From a virus (Duplodnaviria; Caudoviricetes): a stretch of 41,701 bases of DNA. This document shows, one piece after another, positions 33,378 through 39,910 of this stretch (positions are counted from its first letter, which is position 1; each line of letters starts with the position of its first letter). The DNA is taken from the IMG/VR virus record IMGVR_UViG_3300023283_000070, positions 1 to 41,701 of that record. One strand, 5' to 3'. The translations under genes and the position numbers were made by a program. The notes below the pieces were generated by a model. It was not told the DNA's origin and searched no databases. It saw only the letters and a program-made list of their open reading frames with translations.

Positions 33378-34171
33378 ACCCTCTCCTAGCGCTCGCGATC
33401 TCGCCGGTGCCGGCGCTCGTGCAGGCGGGGCTGCAGTTCCACCTGGACGCGGGGCATGGCGACTCCTACGGCGGCAGCGGGCAGACCTGGTCGGATCTGT
33501 CGGGCAACGGGCAGGACTTCTTCCGCGGCGTCGACGGGACGGTCGAGGGGGGCGACCCTACCTTCAACGGCGCCGCCGGCGGCAAGTCGTCGGACGAGTA
33601 CTGGTCGCTCGACGGCGGCGATTTGTTCACCTTCGCGGCCGCGAACGAGGCGTGGATGGACGCGATCCACGAGGACGGCGGCGCGTGCACCTTGGGGCTG
33701 TGGCTGCGCACGCCGGCGAGCTTCTCCGACGACAATGGCCTCATGGGCACGGTCGGCGGCGCCGCCACCAAGGGGTTCCGCTTCAGCATCACGTCCGCGG
33801 GTCAGCTCGAACTGCAGATCCGGGGCGGCGGTAGCAATAAGCTGACCGTGACGGCGGATGCCGCCCTGGCCGCCGAGACGGACTACCTGGTGGCGCTCTC
33901 GTTCGACGAGGGCGCGGGCGCGGGCGGCAGCTTCTTCGCGCGCAATGGTGAGTACGAGCAGGTAGCGTCCGCGGACACGTGGGACGGCACCGTGGTCAAC
34001 CCTGCCAGCGGAGCGGCCACCGACACACTGCAGATCGGCGCGCTCGGCGGCGGATTCAGGGGCATGGAGAGCGGCAGCCGCATCTATGCCGCATGGGGTT
34101 ACGACCGGGCGCTCACGAAGGCCGAGGTCGACCAGAACTGGGAGCACTTCCGACGGAGGCTGGGACTGTGA
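33374..34171 (+). CDS. LamG/ConA-like lectin-domain tail protein
   Basis: LQFHLDAG..SY.GSGQTWSDLSGNG start and YDRALT.AEV.QN end. Confidence 0.8.
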   Translation: MNPLLALAISPVPALVQAGLQFHLDAGHGDSYGGSGQTWSDLSGNGQDFFRGVDGTVEGGDPTFNGAAGGKSSDEYWSLDGGDLFTFAAANEAWMDAIHEDGGACTLGLWLRTPASFSDDNGLMGTVGGAATKGFRFSITSAGQLELQIRGGGSNKLTVTADAALAAETDYLVALSFDEGAGAGGSFFARNGEYEQVASADTWDGTVVNPASGAATDTLQIGALGGGFRGMESGSRIYAAWGYDRALTKAEVDQNWEHFRRRLGL

Positions 34172-34785
34172 GCGGACTGTGGTGCAGGGTCGAGAGCGGG
34201 CGCATCGTGCGCGGACCGACGACGCTCCGGGCCGCCGCCTACAACGTGAGCGCGCGACGCCTGGCGGAGTTGCCAGCGGCCGAGCTCGAGCGCCGCGGCG
34301 TCTACCCGGTGCCACCTCCCGCGCGCGATCCGCGATACCAGGCCGCCGAGCTCCTCGGCGTCCAGTACGACGCGGCGACCGGCTCCATCCAGGCCGAGTG
34401 GGAAGTCCGCGCGGTCGATCTCGAGGAGTTGCGACAGCAGCGCATCGGGGACGTCCTCGGCGAGCGTGAGAGGCGCCTCGAGGCTGGATTCGACTACCAG
34501 GGGGCCCGGTACCGGCTCGGCGTGTTCGAGCTCGCGACGCTCACCCTCGCCGCGGCCACCATCGCGGCCGGCCTCGGGCTGGCCGTGGTGCCTCGGGTCT
34601 GGCGGAGCGACGGCGAGGTCGTAGAGCTCGACACGGACGCCAAGGTGCGCGCGGCCGGCGCCGCCGCCCTCGAGCACGTCGCCGGCGTCGATGCCGCCGC
34701 TGCCCAGCACATCGCGGCGCTGCGGGCGCTGGCGACGGCGCAGGAGCTCGCGGAGTACGACGTCGGCACAAGCTGGCCGCGCTAG
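34168..34785 (+). CDS. Tail fibre assembly-like protein (DUF4376-like)
   Basis: GTG 34168; ERERRLEAGF.Y.G, ending ..YDV..SWP. Confidence 0.6.
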   Translation: MSGLWCRVESGRIVRGPTTLRAAAYNVSARRLAELPAAELERRGVYPVPPPARDPRYQAAELLGVQYDAATGSIQAEWEVRAVDLEELRQQRIGDVLGERERRLEAGFDYQGARYRLGVFELATLTLAAATIAAGLGLAVVPRVWRSDGEVVELDTDAKVRAAGAAALEHVAGVDAAAAQHIAALRALATAQELAEYDVGTSWPR

Positions 34786-35540
34786 GAGGGACGCTTCCGG
34801 AGCAGTCGTGCGAGAGCGCGGATCTGCTCTCGTGCTGCCGGGTCGATGGCTCGGAAATCCGTGAGCAGCGCCTGTTCTTCCTCACTCCGAAGAAGGGTAT
34901 CCCCGGCGCCCGGGGCTTCTGCTGCGGCGGGCGCCTCCGCAGCCCGCGTGCGGAGTTCCCGTGGCCGGTGGATGCGTTCGGCCGCCTCGAGCCGGCCCGT
35001 GCGCCGCTCGTCGCCGAACAGCTCGTAGGCCCCCAGGTAGCCGTAGCAGAGCCGCTTGGCGCTCTCCGCGTCCAGCACGACCCGGTAGACCGCCCGCTCG
35101 TCGATCTCCCGGCTGAGACGCTCGAGCGTGCGCGCCCCGGCGCCAGCGAGCACGTCGATCGCCCGATAGCGCACGACGGTGTCGCCGCGCTGCCATTCGG
35201 CCGGTTCGTGCAGTACAAGTGCAGTACGACCCCCGTCCGAGACCACGTGCACGTCCGCGCCAGGTCGATCGCTCAGTCGTGCCTCGAGCTCGGCCCCGCA
35301 GTCGGCGTCGCTGTCGCAGCTCACGACCAGGAACGGCGCCCCGGTCCCTTCCAGGAGCCACGACAGGCTGACGTTCTCGACGTGCTGCACGGGGATGAGG
35401 CTCTCCCAAGACGGGATCGCGCCCCGGAACATGGCGGTGACGGTCGCCGCGGGGATCCCCAGCCGACGCCCCCAAGGGTGCTTTCGACGCTCGCCGAGCA
35501 CAAAGTTGAGGCGTTCGACGAATCCTGGGCTTTCGGCCAT
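34782..35540 (-). CDS. Putative repressor (N-terminal XRE HTH, no S24 peptidase motif seen)
   Basis: FVERL..GRRLGIPAATVTAM..VSLSWLLEGTG; divergent from the Arc-like and CII genes. Confidence 0.75.
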   Translation of the reverse strand: MAESPGFVERLNFVLGERRKHPWGRRLGIPAATVTAMFRGAIPSWESLIPVQHVENVSLSWLLEGTGAPFLVVSCDSDADCGAELEARLSDRPGADVHVVSDGGRTALVLHEPAEWQRGDTVVRYRAIDVLAGAGARTLERLSREIDERAVYRVVLDAESAKRLCYGYLGAYELFGDERRTGRLEAAERIHRPRELRTRAAEAPAAAEAPGAGDTLLRSEEEQALLTDFRAIDPAAREQIRALARLLRKRPS

Positions 35541-35596
35541 CCGAAATCATCCTTGACCATTTCGGAAATCCGTAATACGCTGTGATCCTAGCGTAT
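35540..35596. promoter_or_regulatory. Genetic switch region: rightward promoter and two operator-like inverted repeats
   Basis: TTGACC(35553)-N17-TACGCT(35576); TCCGAAAT-N11-ATTTCGGA over the -35; ATACGCT-N8-AGCGTAT over the -10. Confidence 0.7.
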
Positions 35597-35622
35597 CCAC
35601 TTGTTGCCACAGGAGCGCGATT

Positions 35623-35817
35623 GTGGGGAGAAACGGCAGACCGGACAAGGAGAGGCGCTCGGTCGCGCAGCAGGCGGCCGTCCTGACGCGGCTCTCCGAG
35701 GAGACGAAGGCGCGGCTGATGGCGCTTGCGCGGCGTGAGCGCCGCACGCTGAGCGGCCAGGCCGCGATCTTCATCGAGGAGGGGCTCGCCCGCGCGGAGG
35801 GGCGCGCGGGCGCCTGA
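35623..35817 (+). CDS. Arc/ribbon-helix-helix DNA-binding protein (Cro-equivalent)
   Basis: VLTRLSEETKARLMALARRERRTLSGQAAIFIEEGL; AGGAG RBS. Confidence 0.8.
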   Translation: MGRNGRPDKERRSVAQQAAVLTRLSEETKARLMALARRERRTLSGQAAIFIEEGLARAEGRAGA

Positions 35818-35828
35818 GAGCGCGAGAG

Positions 35829-35944
35829 GGTCCCGACGGCGCGGCAACACCGCCGGGACCGGTTGAGGCTGCTGGCTTGTGTCACCTTTGAGCCTCGCGG
35901 TTCAGGTTAGCACAGCCCCTGAACCGCGAGTGTAGCCAGTAGCC
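35829..35944 (+). ncRNA. Structured intergenic RNA between the Arc-like and cII genes
   Basis: Hairpin 35829-35860; perfect 13-bp stem 35894-35906/35918-35930 nested in an 11-bp stem 35867-35877/35934-35944. Confidence 0.45.
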
Positions 35945-35979
35945 GCCCGAATGGCTGTGAACAGAGGGCGGCGGCTCAC

Positions 35980-36435
35980 ATGCTCGACGGCCATTCGTCG
36001 TTGGATCGGGCGATGCACGACCTGGTCCATTCCTTCCCTGGCGGTGCCCGCAAGCTAGCGCCTCTCGCGCGGATGAATCCGGGCACCCTGTCGAACAAGG
36101 TCAACCCGTCGTGCGAGGGGCACCACCTGACCGTCGACGAGGCGGTGGCGCTACAGCACGCCGCCGGCGATTTCCGCATCCTCGAGGCGGAGGCGGCGGC
36201 GCTGGGGCACGTGGCGGTGCGCCTCGGGGACTTCCGCCGCACGTCCGACGTCGAGCTCCTCGACAAGTACGCCGAGCTCACCGCCGAGCACGGCGAGACG
36301 GCCGGCGCCATCCGACGCGCGCTCCGGGACCGGCGCATCACGCCCGACGAGCTCGCCGAGATCCGACGGGAAATCTTCGAGGACGCCCGCGTGGCGTTCG
36401 AGTTCCTCTCGCGGCTGGAGGCCATCGCGGAATGA
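35980..36435 (+). CDS. Phage regulatory CII-family protein (186 CII/CP76-like)
   Basis: FPGGA..LA....MNPGTLSNKVNP...HHLTVDEA; DRRITPDE C-terminal motif. Confidence 0.85.
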   Translation: MLDGHSSLDRAMHDLVHSFPGGARKLAPLARMNPGTLSNKVNPSCEGHHLTVDEAVALQHAAGDFRILEAEAAALGHVAVRLGDFRRTSDVELLDKYAELTAEHGETAGAIRRALRDRRITPDELAEIRREIFEDARVAFEFLSRLEAIAE

Positions 36436-36581
36436 GGCGCGTGGCCGACCTGGTGCCGGTCGAGGTCCGGAGCGCGGTGGACGGCGTCGGCGCGGCTGCC
36501 GACGAGCGCCGCGCGCGCCTCGAGCAGGGCGCGACGGTGACCGTCGAGGCCTGGACCTATCGGCTCGGGAGCCCGTCGTGA
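36432..36581 (+). CDS. Small hypothetical protein (49 aa)
   Basis: ATGA overlap with the cII stop and GTGA overlap downstream. Confidence 0.4.
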   Translation: MRRVADLVPVEVRSAVDGVGAAADERRARLEQGATVTVEAWTYRLGSPS

Positions 36582-36769
36582 GCAGCTCTCGGGCCCAGGC
36601 CCCCGCCGCACGTACCTGGGAGGTCACTGACAACGCTGGCGCGCGCGAGCTCGCCGCGCCGGCCGGCCTGATCCACACGCTGTTCGGTCCCGAGCTCCGG
36701 GCGCGGATGCGCCGGCGCCGGCACCCGGACAGCCCCACGCGACGGCGCGTGGACGCGGCGCGCGAATGA
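36578..36769 (+). CDS. Hypothetical protein (63 aa)
   Basis: Coupled start with GGGAG RBS. Confidence 0.35.
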   Translation: MSSSRAQAPAARTWEVTDNAGARELAAPAGLIHTLFGPELRARMRRRRHPDSPTRRRVDAARE

Positions 36770-36835
36770 CGGTGCGGCGAGGAGCCTGCCGGATGCCAAC
36801 GCGCGAAGGGGGTTCGACTCCTCCCCGTCGCTCCA
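36739..36835 (+). ncRNA. tRNA-like RNA (tRNA-Gly-type acceptor, non-canonical D and anticodon region)
   Basis: GCGACGG/CCGTCGC acceptor stem, GGGGG-TTCGACT-CCTCC T arm, discriminator T, encoded CCA. Confidence 0.65.
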
Positions 36836-36976
36836 TGTGCGGCGCGATGCGAGTCGCGGCGGGCGCAGTCCCGCTCGTCGGGCTGCTGGCCGGAGGCTGC
36901 ACACTGAGCGTACACGTGACCGACTCCACAGTGGTGCAGGTCGGCAACGCGCTCGTGGCGCTCTGCCGAGGCGACG

Positions 36977-37198
36977 ATGTACCAGCGCGACTTTCCAGAG
37001 CTCCCGAGCGACGTTAGCCGTGAGGAACTCCACGCCGCGTACCGGCGCTCGCCGGGTCTCCGACGCCAGCACACGTTCGGCTCGGCGCTCTCGCGGCCTG
37101 TCGTGCGGCGCTGCCTCGAGATCATGGCGCGCATCCATCGGACACGGGTGAAGCAGCGCGCCGAGGCGAAGCGATGGCGGCGATCTACCGGATTGTGA
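36977..37198 (+). CDS. Hypothetical protein (73 aa)
   Basis: GAGG RBS, ATG start. Confidence 0.55.
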   Translation: MYQRDFPELPSDVSREELHAAYRRSPGLRRQHTFGSALSRPVVRRCLEIMARIHRTRVKQRAEAKRWRRSTGL

Positions 37199-37506
37199 AC
37201 ACCGACACCGACGGCGCGACCGCCGAGCGGCGCCGCCTGTGGGTGGACGTCGGCCGTCCCATGTTCCTCGGCGACGGCTGCTGGATGCGCTTCTACACCT
37301 ACCGCGACGACGGCGAGTGGGAGGCCTACCAGATGTTCACGTCGCCCGGCAGCAACTACGAGGCGGCGCTGCCCCTGACACAGCGCGTGCAGCACCGCGT
37401 CGGCTACGACGTGCTCGTGCGCGCGATGGAGCTCGGCGCCAGCGGACGGCCCGAGCGGTTCCTGGTGGAGTTCCAGCCGAGGGCCTCGGCGGAGCTCCAG
37501 GCCTAA
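37174..37506 (+). CDS. Hypothetical protein (110 aa)
   Basis: Strong GC3 codon bias. Confidence 0.65.
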   Translation: MAAIYRIVNTDTDGATAERRRLWVDVGRPMFLGDGCWMRFYTYRDDGEWEAYQMFTSPGSNYEAALPLTQRVQHRVGYDVLVRAMELGASGRPERFLVEFQPRASAELQA

Positions 37507-37522
37507 GCCGGAGGACAAAGGC

Positions 37523-38122
37523 ATGGCGAACGTGTTCACGAGGTATCTCACCGCCGCCGAGGAGCGGCAACTGTTCAAGGCGGTCGGGCAGTACGCCGAC
37601 CCGCTCGCGCGCCGCGACCACGCCTGGATGAGGGCGCTGCGCTACACCGGGGTCCGCGTCCGCGCCTTCTCGCGACTGACCGTGCTCGACGCCAACCAGG
37701 CGCTGCGCACCGGCTACCTGCAACTGTCGGCCGAGATCCAGAAGGGCAGCCGAGCGCACACGGTTTACCTGACGCGCAAGGCGCGCGTTGCGTTCCGCGA
37801 TCTGCTGCGGGTGCGCCGGGACATGGGACACGCGCCGGTCGACGACGCGCCGCTCGTGATGAGCCGGAATCATCGCCCGCTCTCCGTGCGCTCGTACCAG
37901 GTACGGATGCAGCACTGGTGCCAGCTGGCCGGCCTGGACGTGCAGGCCTCGCCGCACTGGTGGCGCCACACGCTCGCCAAGCGGCTGATCGCCCGCAGCG
38001 AGGCCCGCGACCCCCTCGGCATCGTGCAGGGGGCTCTCGGGCACCGCTCGCGCAACAGCACCGCTGTCTACGTGCTCCCGGACCGGGAGGACGTCGAGCT
38101 CGCGATGGAGCTGGCGTCGTGA
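37523..38122 (+). CDS. Tyrosine recombinase, catalytic domain only (199 aa)
   Basis: GGAGG RBS; R (TGVRV), K (QKG), HxxR (HWWRH), H (LGH), Y (AVYV); no core-binding domain. Confidence 0.9.
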   Translation: MANVFTRYLTAAEERQLFKAVGQYADPLARRDHAWMRALRYTGVRVRAFSRLTVLDANQALRTGYLQLSAEIQKGSRAHTVYLTRKARVAFRDLLRVRRDMGHAPVDDAPLVMSRNHRPLSVRSYQVRMQHWCQLAGLDVQASPHWWRHTLAKRLIARSEARDPLGIVQGALGHRSRNSTAVYVLPDREDVELAMELAS

Positions 38123-38349
38123 GCCCCCGGAGCGGGGAGGAGGGGGAGTGGATCCCGGTCGAGGCGCGGCTGCCGCCGCCGCTCACCGATGTGCTAGTCG
38201 CCTACCTCGACGCGCTGACGGGCGAGCTGGAGGTGGACCTCGGATACCGAGGTCGCGGCGACGCCGCGTGGTTTCTTACGGACGGCGCTCTGCTGCCAGT
38301 CGGGGGCAGGGTGACGCACTGGAAGCCGCTCCCCCATCCCCTCCAGTGA
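38119..38349 (+). CDS. DUF551-like protein
   Basis: WIPVEARLP...DVLV...VTHWKPLP signature. Confidence 0.8.
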   Translation: MSPRSGEEGEWIPVEARLPPPLTDVLVAYLDALTGELEVDLGYRGRGDAAWFLTDGALLPVGGRVTHWKPLPHPLQ

Positions 38350-38660
38350 ACGGCATCGAAACGCCCGGCGTGTACGTCGACCGCAATCGGCGCTGCTACA
38401 TCGTGGTGAAGAAGGGTCGGCGCTATGTGCACGCCGTGCAGATGTGCGCGGCGCGCCTGCGCGTCTCGCGGCTCACGGCCCACCAGATACAGGCACGCCG
38501 ATTGCGGCCACTCGACAACTACCCGCTGAGAGCGGCGCTCGCTCAGTTCCTCGAGCGGGGCCGTACGGCCGGCATCACCGACAGAGCGCGGCGCGCGCTC
38601 GAGGAGCTGCGGACCAATGGAAACGGACGTATTCGACGAAGGACCGGTCACTCTGACTGA
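38346..38660 (+). CDS. Hypothetical protein (104 aa)
   Basis: GTGA overlap with the upstream stop. Confidence 0.55.
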   Translation: MNGIETPGVYVDRNRRCYIVVKKGRRYVHAVQMCAARLRVSRLTAHQIQARRLRPLDNYPLRAALAQFLERGRTAGITDRARRALEELRTNGNGRIRRRTGHSD

Positions 38661-38967
38661 ACAAGAGGCGCGGCGGCTGCACGCGATCCGAGACTACCTT
38701 CGGGAAGCGACTCGTGACGCGGAGCACGCGATGCGGCTCGTGACGTCGCATCCGCGCTTCGGTGAGGTCCGGGAGCTGAGCAAAGCACTCACAGCGGGGG
38801 ATTCGATGGGAGCGCGGTGCGCCCTCGCCATCGAGTACATCGACGTGCTGCTCGCCCGCGCCAGCGTCGAGTCGCCGCCAAACATAGAGGGCAAGGGAAT
38901 CATCGGGCGCGGTGATCCGCACCCCGGTTCGGGAGCCGCGGAGGGCGAGGCTGTCGCCACTGAATAA
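38617..38967 (+). CDS. Hypothetical protein (116 aa)
   Basis: GAGGAG upstream of the ATG. Confidence 0.55.
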   Translation: METDVFDEGPVTLTEQEARRLHAIRDYLREATRDAEHAMRLVTSHPRFGEVRELSKALTAGDSMGARCALAIEYIDVLLARASVESPPNIEGKGIIGRGDPHPGSGAAEGEAVATE

Positions 38968-39075
38968 GCCGGGGAGGGGGCGGCGTCCGTAACGCGCCGC
39001 GTCGGGCGGACCCCCGAGGGTTGCTTCCTCCAGCTCTCGCACAGGCCCGACGTTCAACCTTTTGGGGGGACGCCA

Positions 39076-39318
39076 ATGCTGACCATCGGATTCGTTGCCG
39101 GCATCGCCTACATGACCGTCGGCCTGCTCGTGCTCGTGTTCGTGCGGTTCCCGTCCGTAACGCGCCTGCCGGACTCGTGGGAGAACAGCTTGGTGCTGTC
39201 GCTGATCGCGTTCGTTGCGTGGCCGCTTACCTTCGTTGTGGCGCTGCTGCTCGGCGTCGTGCGGCGGCGCCGGCTCGCTCGTTACCACGCTGACCTCCTC
39301 CGCTCCTTCGGGCCGTGA
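39076..39318 (+). CDS. Small two-TM membrane protein
   Basis: Two hydrophobic helices (..AWPL..); GGGGA RBS. Confidence 0.6.
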   Translation: MLTIGFVAGIAYMTVGLLVLVFVRFPSVTRLPDSWENSLVLSLIAFVAWPLTFVVALLLGVVRRRRLARYHADLLRSFGP

Positions 39319-39569
39319 GCGACGCCCCGCGCCGGTTGCCGTGCGGGTGCCCGTTGGGGCGCTGCGGCTCCGAAGGCGTGCGCTTCACGCGCGAGGACAG
39401 GACCATCCAGTGGTTGCGTGTCGATGGGCGCGACGCCGCCGAGCGGCGCCGGCTGATGCGGTGGCTGCGGGAGAACCGGCCCGCCATCGCGGAGTTGCTC
39501 AAGCACCCGTTCGTCGCCGAGGTCGTGAAGCGGTTCGACGCTCACGTGTTGATTCCGAGAAAGGAATGA
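39315..39569 (+). CDS. Hypothetical protein (84 aa)
   Basis: Coupled start and stop; HPFV.EV.KRFDA motif. Confidence 0.55.
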   Translation: MSDAPRRLPCGCPLGRCGSEGVRFTREDRTIQWLRVDGRDAAERRRLMRWLRENRPAIAELLKHPFVAEVVKRFDAHVLIPRKE

Positions 39570-39695
39570 GCAGAGAGCGGCCATCTCTCCGGGGGGGGAA
39601 TTACCGCTGGTCTCTCTGGCGCCGGTGGGACCCACGCGGCCGACATCGAGTTTCCGATGACGCCCAGCCTCGCCCGTGGAGGACGACGTGACGGG
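39566..39695 (+). pseudogene. Degenerate DUF1643-like gene fragment
   Basis: AAISPGG / NYRWSLWRRWD / FPMTPSLA / VEDDVT spread over different frames; resembles the DUF1643 N-terminus. Confidence 0.5.
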
Positions 39696-39903
39696 TCTCT
39701 CCGACGTTGAGTCGTGCGACGCCACTGATTACGCGCGTGCGCGCGGCCGTCACGATCGGAACGAATCAAGCAGCTACGTCAATCCGTATCCGTCCGGAAC
39801 CCCGCAGGCGAGCGCCTATTACTCGGGATGGTGCGAACGCAATCTCGAGCTGCATCTTAGCCAGCCCGGCGGCATCTACGCCGCGCCGTGGAGCGGGTGC
39901 TAA
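39676..39903 (+). CDS. Hypothetical protein with Rmf/CrpP-like NPY..AY..GW motif
   Basis: VNPYPSGTPQASAYYSGW; start uncertain. Confidence 0.35.
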   Translation: MEDDVTGLSDVESCDATDYARARGRHDRNESSSYVNPYPSGTPQASAYYSGWCERNLELHLSQPGGIYAAPWSGC

Positions 39904-39910
39904 CGTAGCC

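Noticed and set aside
32283-34785. Diversity-generating retroelement or invertible tail-fibre cassette
   Set aside because: No reverse transcriptase, no template/variable repeat pair noticed and no inverted fibre segments
36847-37017. Small lipoprotein (LLAGGC) as spanin or exclusion protein
   Set aside because: Weak start signal, overlap with the next gene and early-operon location; insufficient support
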